Program-made: the position numbers and the translations under genes | Notes under the pieces: model-generated | What the model saw: the letters and a program-made list of their open reading frames with translations, nothing else | Told to the model about the DNA's origin: nothing | Databases searched by the model: none | Source of the DNA: an uncultured delta proteobacterium | Lineage (GTDB): Bacteria; Desulfobacterota; Desulfomonilia; Desulfomonilales; Desulfomonilaceae | Reading direction: 5' to 3' | Assembly: GCA_963789265.1 (NCBI GenBank) | Contig: CAWBKB010000003.1 | Location: 1,097,988 to 1,161,987, forward strand | DNA length: 64,000 nucleotides | In this document: piece after piece, positions 33,003 through 44,214 of the stretch | Layout: each line of letters starts with the position of its first letter | Position numbering within the stretch: position 1 is the stretch's first letter

Positions 33003-34934
33003 ATGCGACGAGGCATTAGCTTCACGGTGGGGATGGCGGCATTAGCCGCAGCGGTTTTCTTCTTGAGTTTCAGCCAGCCTGCATGCAAATCCTGTTGGGC
33101 CTTTAACGAGGCCCCCGGCCTGGCCAAAAAGGTTGCGTCAGGGGAGCTTCCTCCCGTTGACAAGCGCCTGCCCGCTGCGCCAGCAGTCGTGACCCCGGTT
33201 GACAGACCCGGACATTACGGAGGAGTCTGGAGACGTGCTTATACGGGCCTCTCCGATCTGGTCGGGCTTCGGCGTATCCTTTATGACCCACTAGTGCGAT
33301 GGAGCCCTGATCTAAAGATCGTCCCCAATTTGGCTGAAAAATGGGAAGTTGACGAAACGGGGCGTACATTTACTTTTCATCTGGTGAAAGGTGTTAGGTG
33401 GTCTGACGGCGCGCCGTTTACCGCCGATGACATCATGTTTTACTTCGACGACATTGTTTTCAACAAGGAATTGACCCCCTCTATCCCTAAATGGATTGCG
33501 CCGTCCGGCAAAGCGCCCAAGGTCACGAAAATTGATGATTATACTTTTCGTATTGAGTTTAGCCAGCCGTATAGCATTTTTCTGGAGCAGTTGGCGTGTC
33601 CGCAGGGTATGGCCTTAGTTACTAACCCAAAACATTACTTGAAAAAGTTCCATAAAAAATACGCGAAACCGGAGGCACTGGAAGCCTTGATGAAGGCAAA
33701 AAGGGCCACTTCGTGGGTCAATCTCTTTCAGGACTATTCCAACCTTCAGCATGGCCTTTTCGTGGACAAGAACTTACCTTCCATTTGCGCCTGGATCGTC
33801 AAGGTGCCCGCGCCGGCGAGACGCTTCGTTTTAGTACGGAATCCCTATTACTGGAAGGTCGACACCCAAGGTAATCAGCTCCCGTACATTGATAGCATAG
33901 TGAATGATCTTCAGGCCGAACCCCAAACGATTCTGCTCAAGGCTATCGCCGGTGAGATCGACATGCAGGCCCGCCACCTGGGAGGCATGCAGAATTCCGT
34001 GCTGCTTCTCGCCAGTGAAGCTCAAGGTAAGTATAGACTGGTGCCCAAGACGAGTACGGCATCCGTGGGACTATTATTGGCGCCGAACCTGAACCACAAG
34101 AATCCGGTAATGAGAAGTATCTTGTCCGATCCCAGGTTCCGGATTGCTCTTTCTCATGCGATCAACAGGGATGAGATCAACAAGATAGTATACCGGGGTA
34201 AAGGCGATCCGCGACAGGCTGCACCTTTAAAAGAATCCCAATATTATTCATCTTCATACGCGAAGGCTCACCTACAATATGACCCGAACAAGGCCACATC
34301 CCTTCTGGATCAAATGGGGCTAAAGCTCGGGCCGGACGGCAAGAGGTTGCGACCTGACGGTAAGCCGCTCCAGTTGTCCTTGGATGTCATGGTAAAAATT
34401 CAGACATGGGTGGATATGGCTGAAATCGTGGCCTCAAACCTGAAAAGCATTGGAATTGACACTGATGTGAGATCGGAAGCCCCGGAACTTTTCCGGCAAC
34501 GGACACAAAACGCTCTGCACGATATAGCGTTATGGACGGGAGACGGGGGGACGGAGTGCTTGCTTGAACCGCGCTGGTACTTCCCCTATAGCAGCGAAAG
34601 CCTCAATGCTCCGTTGTACGGCCAGTGGTTCCAGAGCGGAGGCAAGAAAGGAGAAGAGCCTCCCCAGACGATCAAGGAAATGATGGATACTTATACTAAA
34701 ATCCTTCGTACGATCGCTCCGGAAAAGAAAAAGGAACTGTTCGGAAAAATCATATCCCAGGACGAAAAGAATCTGTGGGTGGTCGGTCTGGTTCACGACC
34801 CTCCCGACTATTACGTTGTGGCGAAGAATATGTACAATATACCTAAGACGGACTTTCAGAGCTGGATTTACCCAAATCCGGGTCCGATCCATCCTGAACA
34901 ATTTTCCTATACGAAGGAGACCAAGAACCCGTGA
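33003..34934 (+). CDS. ABC transporter family 5 substrate-binding protein (DppA/OppA-like)
   Basis: Signal peptide, LPPVDKRLP, PNLAEKW, WSDGAPFTADD, RNPYYWKVD. Confidence 0.92.
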   Translation: MRRGISFTVGMAALAAAVFFLSFSQPACKSCWAFNEAPGLAKKVASGELPPVDKRLPAAPAVVTPVDRPGHYGGVWRRAYTGLSDLVGLRRILYDPLVRWSPDLKIVPNLAEKWEVDETGRTFTFHLVKGVRWSDGAPFTADDIMFYFDDIVFNKELTPSIPKWIAPSGKAPKVTKIDDYTFRIEFSQPYSIFLEQLACPQGMALVTNPKHYLKKFHKKYAKPEALEALMKAKRATSWVNLFQDYSNLQHGLFVDKNLPSICAWIVKVPAPARRFVLVRNPYYWKVDTQGNQLPYIDSIVNDLQAEPQTILLKAIAGEIDMQARHLGGMQNSVLLLASEAQGKYRLVPKTSTASVGLLLAPNLNHKNPVMRSILSDPRFRIALSHAINRDEINKIVYRGKGDPRQAAPLKESQYYSSSYAKAHLQYDPNKATSLLDQMGLKLGPDGKRLRPDGKPLQLSLDVMVKIQTWVDMAEIVASNLKSIGIDTDVRSEAPELFRQRTQNALHDIALWTGDGGTECLLEPRWYFPYSSESLNAPLYGQWFQSGGKKGEEPPQTIKEMMDTYTKILRTIAPEKKKELFGKIISQDEKNLWVVGLVHDPPDYYVVAKNMYNIPKTDFQSWIYPNPGPIHPEQFSYTKETKNP

Positions 34935-34998
34935 ACGGGCCTTGCCGTCGGATCGAGGAGTTCTGCGGTGCACGCATTTCCCTTGAAGGAAAGCGATC

Positions 34999-35997
34999 AT
35001 GCTGAGTTACGTGATCCGTCGCATTCTCATCATGATTCCCACGTTAGTGGCCATATCAATAATATCCTTCGCTATTATGAAATTACCGCCCGGAGATTTT
35101 CTCACCACATACGCGGCCCAGTTAGAGGCTAGTGGCGAATCAGTAGATCAAGCTGAATTGCAAGGGCTTAGACAACGCTTTGGGTTGGATCAACCGGTTT
35201 ACATCCAGTACCTGCGCTGGGCATGGAACTTTCTCCATGGTGATTTCGGGCACTCGTTCGAATGGAACAAGCCGGTTAGTTCGTTGATCGCCGAGCGAAT
35301 CCCTCTGACTATTTTGGTTTCTGTTGTCACCCTCCTCTTCACTTGGCTGGTCTCTATTCCGATTGGGATTTACTCGGCAGTACGTCAGTATTCGTGGGTT
35401 GACTATATTTTGACGTTCGTGGGATTTATTGGTCTGGCGACACCAAGTTTCCTTTTCGCCTTGGTTTTGCTCTGGATTTCTTATGCTTATTTCGGCATGA
35501 GCATCGGCGGGCTGTTTTCACCCCAGTACGCGGAAGCACCTTGGAGCCTGGCAAAATTTGCTGACTTGCTTTCGCATCTCTGGATCCCTGTCATCATCGT
35601 AGGAACGGCGCATACGGCCAAATTCATCCGTATCATTCGCGGAAATCTCCTGGATGAGCTCAAGAAGCCTTACGTTACCGCCGCAAGAGCAAGAGGGCTT
35701 TCAGAAACTCGCTTGATCCTCAAGTACCCGGTCCGGGTTGCCATCAATCCGTTGGTAAGTACGATAGGGTGGACCTTGCCGGAACTCATCTCTGGAATCG
35801 CCATTACAGCAGTGGTGCTGAACCTCCCCACGTCCGGGCCTCTGCTTCTCAACGCTCTTTTGAGTCAAGATATGCAGCTTGCCGGAAGTTTCATTATGCT
35901 GCTCAGCTTTCTCACCGTCGTTGGAACACTTATTTCCGATATTCTCCTGGCCTGGGTGGATCCCAGGATTCGTTTCGAGGCGCGTGAGAGTGCATGA
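34999..35997 (+). CDS. ABC transporter permease (DppB/OppB-like)
   Basis: GLDQP, GDFGHSF, TAARARGL EAA loop, DPRIR. Confidence 0.93.
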   Translation: MLSYVIRRILIMIPTLVAISIISFAIMKLPPGDFLTTYAAQLEASGESVDQAELQGLRQRFGLDQPVYIQYLRWAWNFLHGDFGHSFEWNKPVSSLIAERIPLTILVSVVTLLFTWLVSIPIGIYSAVRQYSWVDYILTFVGFIGLATPSFLFALVLLWISYAYFGMSIGGLFSPQYAEAPWSLAKFADLLSHLWIPVIIVGTAHTAKFIRIIRGNLLDELKKPYVTAARARGLSETRLILKYPVRVAINPLVSTIGWTLPELISGIAITAVVLNLPTSGPLLLNALLSQDMQLAGSFIMLLSFLTVVGTLISDILLAWVDPRIRFEARESA

Positions 35998-37101
35998 ATC
36001 AGGATCGGAGCAAGGAACACAAATATCTTGACGCCTCTATGCGGCAGCTAGTTTGGTGGCGTTACAAGAAGCATTCGTTGGCCATGATGGGCCTCTGTTG
36101 CATCTGCTTGCTCTATTTCAGTGCCGCGTTCTGCGAATTTCTTGCACCGTATAGCAAAGACAGACTAAATACTGATGCCGTCTACGCGTGTCCGTCAAAG
36201 ATCAGAATATTCGATGAGCAGGGGCGGCTCCACAGGCCCTTTGTATATGGACTTACGCCTGAGGTCAAAGCGACGTCGCTGCAACTATGCTACAGAGAAA
36301 ATAAGGAGCATCGGTATGCCATTCGCTTCCTGGTAAGGGGGGACCCCTATAAGTTCTGGGGCCTTTGTAAGAGCCGGCTACACCTGTTTGGGGCGGATTC
36401 TCCCGGCAAGATCTTCCTGTTCGGAACGGACAGGATGGGGCGGGATATGTTTTCCCGCTGTCTGTACGGAAGCAGAATATCTCTTTCAATCGGGATACTG
36501 GGAGTGTTCTTGAGCCTGGTGTTAGGGCTCGTTTCTGGGCGGAATTTCCGGCTACAAAGGCGGTTGGGCGGACACCTTGATTCAGAGGGTCATTGAAGTG
36601 ATCCGCTGCTTTCCGAGCATCCCCTTGTGGATGGGACTATCCGCGGCCATGCCGCCGCACTGGGGCGCATTGAAGGTATATTTTGTCATTACCATAATCT
36701 TGTCCCTCATCGGTTGGACGGACCTGGCTAGGGTAGTACGCGGGAAGCTCATAGCGCTTCGGGAGGAAGAATTTGTCCTGGCCGCTCGATTTGCAGGCGC
36801 CAGCCATGCCAGAATAATCTTTCGGCATCTTATTCCATCGTTTACAAGTCACATCATCGTTACCGTGACCTTGGCCATCCCGAGCATGGTGCTAGGTGAG
36901 ACCGCTCTCAGTTTTCTGGGAATCGGCCTGAGACCTCCGGTTACGAGCCTGGGTGTCCTGCTGAAGGAGGCTCAAAACGTTACTACTATTGCTCTTTACC
37001 CGTGGTTATTGATTCCTGTGCTGTTCGTTATCGGGATCGTGCTTTCCTTCAATTTTGTGGGAGACGGTCTTCGAGACGCCGTAGATCCTTATTCGAGGTG
37101 A
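35994..37101 (+). CDS. ABC transporter permease (DppC/OppC-like); +1 frameshift at 36532-36534
   Basis: FGTDRMGRD, repaired LGGISGY, ETALSFLGIG, GDGLRDAVDP. Confidence 0.9.
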
Positions 37102-38120
37102 ATCAAGTGGTTCCAATTCTGCAAGTTGAAAATCTTCGAGTTCACTTTATGTTGGATGAGGGTACAGTGCGGGCGGTTGATGGCGTGACTTTTACCCTTG
37201 AACCGGGGAAGACTCTCGGCATTGTCGGAGAGTCCGGAAGCGGAAAGAGTGTCGTAGGCCAGGCTATATTGAGAATCGTTCCGCCTCCGGGGAGGATTGT
37301 CGATGGAAAAATCCTTCTCCGCTACGGGAACAACAGTGGTGATTTCAGTCAATTAGACCTGGTGAAGCTTGATCCTTTCGGACGCCGGGCTCGGACAATA
37401 CGTGGTCATGATGTGGCGATGATCTTTCAGGAACCGATGAACTCGTTCAGCCCGCTTCATACTTTAGGAAGCCAAATTGCAGAGGCGCTTAGACTTCACA
37501 CAGATATTTCCAAAAAGGAGGCTCGTAATCGGGCGACCGAAATGTTGGGAAAGGTAGGGATACCACAGCCCGAGCGCAGGATCGACTCATATCCGCACGA
37601 GTTGTCCGGCGGTATGCGCCAAAGAGCCATGATAGCCATGGCACTGATCTGCAACCCGAGAATTCTGATCGCGGATGAGCCCACAACTGCTCTGGACGTC
37701 ACCATACAGGCCCAGATCCTTGAGCTCTTGAAACAGTTGCAAGAAGAGTTCGGTATGGCAATTCTCTTCATTTCTCACAATCTTGGAGTCATTGCAGAGA
37801 TCAGCCACGATGTCTTGGTAATTTACTCGGGCCGGGTGATGGAGCACGCGCCGGTGGACGTCCTGTTCAGGGAGCCACTCCATCCGTACACCAGGGCCCT
37901 TTTAAAATCCGTCCCGGGCATCGACACTCCGGTGCGGACTCAATTGGCGACAATAGAAGGCACCCTACCCGATCCTCTGGAGGAAATTAGGGGCTGCCCA
38001 TTTTTCGCAAGATGCCTCGAGTGCGGGGGCGAAACGCCTTGCCGGGACGACAAATACGGATTGACCAAGGTGGGGGAGCGTCACTATGTGTCCTGCTTGA
38101 GGCTATCCAGCGCAGCATGA
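37098..38120 (+). CDS. ABC transporter ATPase (DppD/OppD-like)
   Basis: GESGSGKS, LSGGMRQR, DEPTTALDV, C-terminal Cys motif. Confidence 0.93.
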   Translation: MNQVVPILQVENLRVHFMLDEGTVRAVDGVTFTLEPGKTLGIVGESGSGKSVVGQAILRIVPPPGRIVDGKILLRYGNNSGDFSQLDLVKLDPFGRRARTIRGHDVAMIFQEPMNSFSPLHTLGSQIAEALRLHTDISKKEARNRATEMLGKVGIPQPERRIDSYPHELSGGMRQRAMIAMALICNPRILIADEPTTALDVTIQAQILELLKQLQEEFGMAILFISHNLGVIAEISHDVLVIYSGRVMEHAPVDVLFREPLHPYTRALLKSVPGIDTPVRTQLATIEGTLPDPLEEIRGCPFFARCLECGGETPCRDDKYGLTKVGERHYVSCLRLSSAA

Positions 38121-38129
38121 GGATTGTTT

Positions 38130-39164
38130 GTGTCTGAACCGCAAGTTCTTCTTGAAGTAAAAGACCTCAAAAAATACTTCCCCATTCACAAGGGAATTTT
38201 CCGGAAGTTAGTCGGTTATGTGAAGGCCGTCGACGGCGTGACGTTCAGCGTGAACAGTGGGGAAACTCTGGGGCTGGCGGGAGAATCAGGTTGCGGGAAG
38301 ACCACTGTGGGCCGGATGATCATGGGCGCTTACAAGCCGACCAGCGGGCATATTTGGTTTCAGCCGCCGAATGGAGAGCCGCGAGTAGATCTGACCAGAA
38401 TCGATCCTTCGCGCATGCGGGCTCTGCGTCCTCACTTCCAGATGGTCTTTCAAGATCCGTTCGCATCTTTGAATCCTAGAATGACCATCAGGGAAATTCT
38501 TGCCGAACCTCTTCTGGTGAACAAGGTCGCACGCGGCCGTGCGCTGGAAAGCCGAGTCCGCGAACTCATAGAGCTTGTCGGCTTGAAGATTCAGCACCTT
38601 AACCGCTATCCGCATGCTTTCTCTGGCGGCCAGCGGCAACGGATAAGCATAGCCAGAGCCCTAGCTCTATATCCCAAACTCGTGGTGGCCGACGAACCTA
38701 CGTCGGCGCTGGATGTTTCGGTCCAGGCCCAGATTGTTAATCTTGCCTTGGAGATCCAAGACCGGTTGGGTTTGGCTTATTTGTTCATTTCTCATGACTT
38801 GGGCTTGATAAGGCATTTTAGCAAGAGGATCGCAATCATGTACGTGGGGCGCATCGTGGAATACGCCCCAGCAGAGCCCCTGTTCGCGCGACCGCGTCAT
38901 CCATACACGGAAGCGCTGATGTCCAATGTTCCCAGGTACTCGGCCCGAATTGATGGGACGCAAGATTGTTCTTAGGGGTGAACCCGCGGACCCAATCAAC
39001 CCGCCAGCGGGATGCCCGTTCCATCCGCGCTGTATTTACGCTGAAGATTTGTCGCGCGCGAGGTTCCACCCTTGGAGGAGGCCGAACCGGGACATTTGAC
39101 GGCGTGTCATTTCAAGAATTCGCTGACTCTAACCGGGTGTGACGCGCTCGGTTGCGCTATATAA
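38130..39164 (+). CDS. ABC transporter ATPase (DppF/OppF-like); frameshifts near 38934 and 39050
   Basis: [16 protein letters not shown]; shifted frames give [12 protein letters not shown] and HLTACH. Confidence 0.88.
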
Positions 39165-39240
39165 CAGTGCTATCTGTTGCTTAGAATCTTAATTTTATGG
39201 TAAAGTTCATTTGCCATGCGTTAAAACGGGAATTAAGCCG

Positions 39241-40479
39241 ATGCCGCACGAAAATGTTAAACGAATACTTGTCTACACCCATAATTCCATAGGGTTAGGG
39301 CACGCATTTCGTACGCTGGCCGTAATTACGGGAATGAAGAAGTGGCGGCCCGACATAGATTTCTTGGTGGTGTCCAGCACTTCTGTCCCGCAGATTTTTT
39401 TCAAGGAAGGGATTGAAGTGATCAAGCTCCCTTCAGTAAAAATTGATATCGACCAAAAAAGCAACCCCATGCGTTCACGGTATCTGACAGGCTTTGAGCT
39501 GGAGGCTATCTTCGATTTTCGCCAAAGACTTATTATGGAGAGCTTTGATTTTTTCCAACCGGATGTTTTAATTATCGAACATAATATGACGGGCCAAATG
39601 AGCGAACTGATTCCTCTGCTCATGAAGAAGTGGATGCGAAAAGGGGGGCCCGTGGATTTTGCCCTTGTCCACATTTGCAGGGGCATAATGAAGTGGGTTC
39701 CGTTGCTGAGCATCCCTTACCAAAACCCCAGGCATAGGTCCGAATCCATTAACATAGGCGCCCTGTATGATTTTATGTACGTCTTGGAGGACCGAGAAGT
39801 TATTGATATCAACCAACAATTCCTGGGGAATGATCCTGAATTAGAAAAGAAAATTAGGTACTTGGGAAAAATAACCAACAAGGCGTACGGTGAATTGCCG
39901 AGTCGGAGCGACGCTCTGGAACGCTTCGGGCTGCCGAACAAAAAGACCATCCTGATTTCGCTGGGTCGGAATTGTCACGTTTTTGGCCTATCGAAGCGAT
40001 TTCTCGAGATCTTGGAGAGAACAGGTATCAGCGACAATTATCAGGTCGTGATGGTGATGGACCCGTATCTTGATGATGGAGCTGCTCAAGCACTGTGCGG
40101 TCACCCTTTGAGCAAAAATGTGCGGTTTCTGCCATTTGTACCGGACCTTGTGGATCTGGTCCATCACTCGGACCTGGTGATCTGCCGGGCGGGATACAAT
40201 ACGGTAAATGAGATATTGCTAACAGGTACAAAGGCCATCGTCATACCCGAAAGTCATGGGGGAGGCGAACAGGAACTGCGGGCTCAAAGCATCCACGAAG
40301 AAAACATCTGCATATCAACGGAAGATGAGATCTTCACCAATGATCTGGAGAATCTCATCCCTGATATCCTTAATCGCCCTATATCGGGAGTCTCGTGCAA
40401 ATTCGACAAATACGCAGTAGGAAAATCCATACTGAACGACCTTGAAGACTGGAAGGCACGACCCCGCCCATGCCGTTAA
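39241..40479 (+). CDS. GT-B fold glycosyltransferase (GT28-C-like / COG4671-like)
   Basis: HNSIGLGH, DLVICRAGYNT..E, EQ..RA. Confidence 0.82.
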   Translation: MPHENVKRILVYTHNSIGLGHAFRTLAVITGMKKWRPDIDFLVVSSTSVPQIFFKEGIEVIKLPSVKIDIDQKSNPMRSRYLTGFELEAIFDFRQRLIMESFDFFQPDVLIIEHNMTGQMSELIPLLMKKWMRKGGPVDFALVHICRGIMKWVPLLSIPYQNPRHRSESINIGALYDFMYVLEDREVIDINQQFLGNDPELEKKIRYLGKITNKAYGELPSRSDALERFGLPNKKTILISLGRNCHVFGLSKRFLEILERTGISDNYQVVMVMDPYLDDGAAQALCGHPLSKNVRFLPFVPDLVDLVHHSDLVICRAGYNTVNEILLTGTKAIVIPESHGGGEQELRAQSIHEENICISTEDEIFTNDLENLIPDILNRPISGVSCKFDKYAVGKSILNDLEDWKARPRPCR

Positions 40480-40504
40480 AAGATTCTGGCCGCGAAAGAG
40501 CCGG

Positions 40505-41836
40505 CTACGGATAAATCCCCCGAATCACAATTGCGTCGGAAATCCGTTGAATGGCTAGAATCTGAGCGGCTTCTCGACTTGGCACGTTGTATTGCCGCGC
40601 GCATTCCGTGACACTCTCAAACGCCTTGAGCATCAGGTTCTGTAATTTGCGATTAATCTCCTCAACCGGCCAGAAAAACGACTGTAAATCCTGCACCCAT
40701 TCAAGGTAGCTCACTGTGACTCCTCCGGCATTACAGAGGATGTCGGGGATGATAAAGACTCCCTTGGAAATCAGGATCTCGTCCGCGTCGGGAGTGATCG
40801 GGCCGTTGGCTCCTTCGGCTATTATCTTGGCTTGAACCTTATCCGCATTTCGAGAGGTTATTTGATTCTCTATTGCCGCGGCAATCAACACGTCGCATTT
40901 CAGAGTCAGAAGCTCCTCATTTGAAATCGGGTTTGCGTTCTCAAACCCCAGCAGAGTCCCAGCTTCGCGCGCATGTCTCTCCACTGCAGTAGGATCTAAA
41001 CCTGACTCTCTAATAATTCCCCCCTTGGAGGAGGTCACCGCGATCACTTTCAGACCCATTTCTTGGGCCATACGAGCTGCTACGGAGCCAACGTTGCCGA
41101 AGCCTTGAACGGCCACAGTGGCTCCTTGAGGGTCGATGCCGTTCATTCTCAAGGCTTCGAGCATTGTGACAGCTACTCCTCGCCCGGTTGCTTCCGTCCT
41201 CCCCAGAGATCCTCCGATCTCGATGGGTTTCCCGGTAACTACTGCCGGAATCGAAAAGCCCCGATGCATCGAAAACGTGTCCATGATCCACGCCATAACC
41301 TGCGGGTTCGTGCCCACGTCAGGGGCTGGAATATCGCTTTCGGGGCCCATCATGATGCTGATCTCCGTGGCGTAACGACGGGTCAATCGCTCCAATTCAC
41401 GCGAAGATAGGGCCTTCGGATCCACTACAACTCCGCCTTTGGCTCCACCGTAAGGGAGATTCATCAGGGCGCACTTCCAGGTCATCCACATTGCCAGCGC
41501 TCGGACGTCGTCCAAGGTCACCCCTGGAGCATAGCGAATCCCCCCTTTCGTGGGACCCTTGGCTACGGAATGATGAACCCGATAACCCCTGAAGACTTTA
41601 ATTTCATTGTTGTCCATCAAAACGGGAAATGTCACCGAGAGTTCACGCTTGGGATACCGTAATGTTTCTGCTACACCGCTCTTTATGTCCAAATGAGCCA
41701 CTGCTTTATCAAACTGAGCCAAAGCGTTTACGTACGCGTTTTCTTCACCCATGACTCGGTTGTTTGTAAGCGATTGGGAAATCGAAAACGGGCAGGTGCC
41801 CGGGGATATCTGCGTTTGGGAATTGGTGTCGCTCAT
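40505..41836 (-). CDS. gdhA: Glu/Leu/Phe/Val dehydrogenase (glutamate dehydrogenase)
   Basis: GPTKGGIRY, GGAKGG, DIPAPDVGT, QGFGNVG, EGANGP; start uncertain. Confidence 0.93.
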   Translation of the reverse strand: MSDTNSQTQISPGTCPFSISQSLTNNRVMGEENAYVNALAQFDKAVAHLDIKSGVAETLRYPKRELSVTFPVLMDNNEIKVFRGYRVHHSVAKGPTKGGIRYAPGVTLDDVRALAMWMTWKCALMNLPYGGAKGGVVVDPKALSSRELERLTRRYATEISIMMGPESDIPAPDVGTNPQVMAWIMDTFSMHRGFSIPAVVTGKPIEIGGSLGRTEATGRGVAVTMLEALRMNGIDPQGATVAVQGFGNVGSVAARMAQEMGLKVIAVTSSKGGIIRESGLDPTAVERHAREAGTLLGFENANPISNEELLTLKCDVLIAAAIENQITSRNADKVQAKIIAEGANGPITPDADEILISKGVFIIPDILCNAGGVTVSYLEWVQDLQSFFWPVEEINRKLQNLMLKAFESVTECARQYNVPSREAAQILAIQRISDAIVIRGIYP

Positions 41837-41922
41837 CGGAAAAATCCTCGGGATTTATATTCCATTCAATGAAGTTACTTTACATTTTGCGGCCTTGCAC
41901 GCCGCCGGCCTCCGAACCAAAT

Positions 41923-42067
41923 GCAACCATTCAGTTACGAGGGGGAGTTGTCGGGTCCTTGTCATTGCGAGGAGTGAAACGACGAAGCAATCTAAGATCT
42001 TATAGGAAAAGATTGCTTCGCTCCGCTCGCAATGACAATCTTTTGTCGCTCGTAACTGAGAGATTAC
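41923..42067. mobile_element. 145-bp degenerate MITE carrying the REP doublet (41960-42037)
   Basis: TIR gcaaccattcagttacgag / ctcgtaactgagagattac; flanks aaccaaat / aaccagac (6/8). Confidence 0.7.
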
Positions 42068-42109
42068 AACCAGACAGACATTTACCTTGACCACCGCTAC
42101 GAGCATTGC

Positions 42110-43129
42110 CTAGCAAATCCTGGGCAACAGCTCGCCGGATGGTTCCGGAAGGATTCGCGATCCCCCGATGCGGGTCGTCATCACGACTTTTGCCGTGTTC
42201 TCGGAGGTCACTTCTCCTATGATGGCTGCTCCGCGCGCCAACGGGCAGTCTTTCAACAGCTCAAGGGCATCGGCGCCCTTCTCTTTCCCCACCACAGCCA
42301 CGACTTTCCCTTCGTTGGCCGCCTGGAGAGGGTCTATGCCCAGAATCTCCGAAGCAGCCGATACCGATTCATCCACGGGGATCGCCGATTCCTCGACCAC
42401 TATCCCCATCCCGGCCAGCGAAGCTACCTCATTCAGAGTGGCAGCGATCCCTCCACGGGTAGGATCCCTGAGGAACTTTAGGTTGGGGCCTAGTTCCAGC
42501 AATCTTTCCACGATAGGCCAAATCGAGGCGGAATCTGATTGCAGATCGAAATCGAATGAGAACTCGGCCCTGCTCAGCATTACTGCGAGTCCGTGATTTC
42601 CGACAGGACCGCTCACCAGAATCAGATCCCCTTTGCCTATTCGTTTCGCAGAGGGGCACACCGATCCGTGAACCTTACCAATTCCTGAGGTATTGATGAA
42701 GATTCCATCAGCACTCCCCTTGGGCACTACTTTTGTGTCACCTGTCACCACTTCCACTTCCGCCTGATCGGCAGCCCTTGCCACAGACTCCAGGATCAGC
42801 TCGAGCCTTTCCATGGGGAGTCCTTCTTCCAGGATAAGACTCAGCGACAGGAAAAGCGGGCGTGCGGCCGAACATGCCAGGTCGTTGCAGGTGCCATGCA
42901 CCGCTAGTGAGCCGATGTTGCCGCCGGGAAAAAAGATGGGAGATACCACGAATGAATCAGTCGTGTAGGCAATACTTTCCCCGAGACCGGACAGCACAAC
43001 AGAGTCAGGCAGCCCCGCAAGTTGACCTCGGTCCAGTCTGGGCAGAATGATGTCGCGAATGAGGCGGCCGGTCATCTTGCCTCCACCTCCATGCCCAAGA
43101 AGGACTCGTCTGATTGGCTTCTCTGACAT
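42110..43129 (-). CDS. hypE: hydrogenase maturation protein HypE
   Basis: HGGGG, TTDSFVV, GDTKVV, RDPTRGG, C-terminal PRIC. Confidence 0.98.
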   Translation of the reverse strand: MSEKPIRRVLLGHGGGGKMTGRLIRDIILPRLDRGQLAGLPDSVVLSGLGESIAYTTDSFVVSPIFFPGGNIGSLAVHGTCNDLACSAARPLFLSLSLILEEGLPMERLELILESVARAADQAEVEVVTGDTKVVPKGSADGIFINTSGIGKVHGSVCPSAKRIGKGDLILVSGPVGNHGLAVMLSRAEFSFDFDLQSDSASIWPIVERLLELGPNLKFLRDPTRGGIAATLNEVASLAGMGIVVEESAIPVDESVSAASEILGIDPLQAANEGKVVAVVGKEKGADALELLKDCPLARGAAIIGEVTSENTAKVVMTTRIGGSRILPEPSGELLPRIC

Positions 43130-43134
43130 AGTTT

Positions 43135-44214
43135 TCAGGCCGCCCCATATTTAAAATAGGCTGCACAGGTCCCTTCCGAGGAAACCATACATGGTCCCAC
43201 AGGATCGTCGGGCGTACATTCCCTACCGAAAAGGCCGCATCTATCGGGAGTTTTGCTGCCGGTAAGTATCGCCGCGCACAGGCAACGAGGATCGTCCGCC
43301 GCCTCGGGGACTTCGACGGGCAAGTGCAGCGCCGCGTCAAAGCGGGAATATCCGTCACCGAGCGCTAAACCGCTCCCGGGGATAAGCCCCAGGCCGCGCC
43401 AGGAAGCGTCGGAAGGTTCGAAGACTTCTTCTGTAATCAAGCGGGCAGTGGGATTTCCGTCGTTTCGCACCACTCTTTTGTAATCGTTAATAATCTTAGG
43501 AGAATGCTCCACCGTCATGCAGACCAGGTCTTTGAGAGCCAATAAAATATCCAAAGGTTCGAAACCGGCCACCGCGCCGGGCTTGCCAAAGTCACGCACG
43601 AGATAATCATACGAATCCGAACCGATGATTGCGGAGACATGACCCGGCAATAAAAACCCATTTAGATCGTCTTTTGCAGCCAGAATCTTGAGTGGGGGGT
43701 GTATGGTCTTAAATGCAGGTAGTACGAAGAAGTTTTCGATTCCCCGGACCTTCGCTGTTTTGAGAGTTGCAGCCACTGTCGGAATGGTGGTCTCAAACCC
43801 TACTCCGAGAAAGACCGTGGGACGCCCCGGCTGTTGTAAAGCAATTTCGATTGAATCCAAGGGCGAGTAGATCACTCGGACCGACCCGCCTTCGGATCGA
43901 AACGTCGACAGGGATCCCAAAGACCCGGGAACTCTAATCAGATCCCCGAAAGTCACCAGGCAAGCATCATATCTTTGTCCTATCAAAATCGCATGATCTA
44001 TGAAGCGCTTCTCCGTGACGCATACAGGGCATCCCGGACCTGATACCAGTCTGAGATTGTCAGGGAAAAAACTCTTTAGACCCGCAGCGTGAATTGCCAT
44101 TGTATGGGTTCCGCAGACTTCCATGTATTGTAATGGACCGGGGTGCTTAGCGGCGGCCACGCGAATCTCGCGTGCCAACGCTCGCGCGGCGCGGCCCTGT
44201 TCGTCCGGTCTCAC
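43135..44214 (-). CDS. hypD: hydrogenase maturation protein HypD
   Basis: EVCGTH, GPGCPVC, GFETT, PGHVS, CMVSSEGTC. Confidence 0.98.
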   Translation of the reverse strand: MRPDEQGRAARALAREIRVAAAKHPGPLQYMEVCGTHTMAIHAAGLKSFFPDNLRLVSGPGCPVCVTEKRFIDHAILIGQRYDACLVTFGDLIRVPGSLGSLSTFRSEGGSVRVIYSPLDSIEIALQQPGRPTVFLGVGFETTIPTVAATLKTAKVRGIENFFVLPAFKTIHPPLKILAAKDDLNGFLLPGHVSAIIGSDSYDYLVRDFGKPGAVAGFEPLDILLALKDLVCMTVEHSPKIINDYKRVVRNDGNPTARLITEEVFEPSDASWRGLGLIPGSGLALGDGYSRFDAALHLPVEVPEAADDPRCLCAAILTGSKTPDRCGLFGRECTPDDPVGPCMVSSEGTCAAYFKYGAA

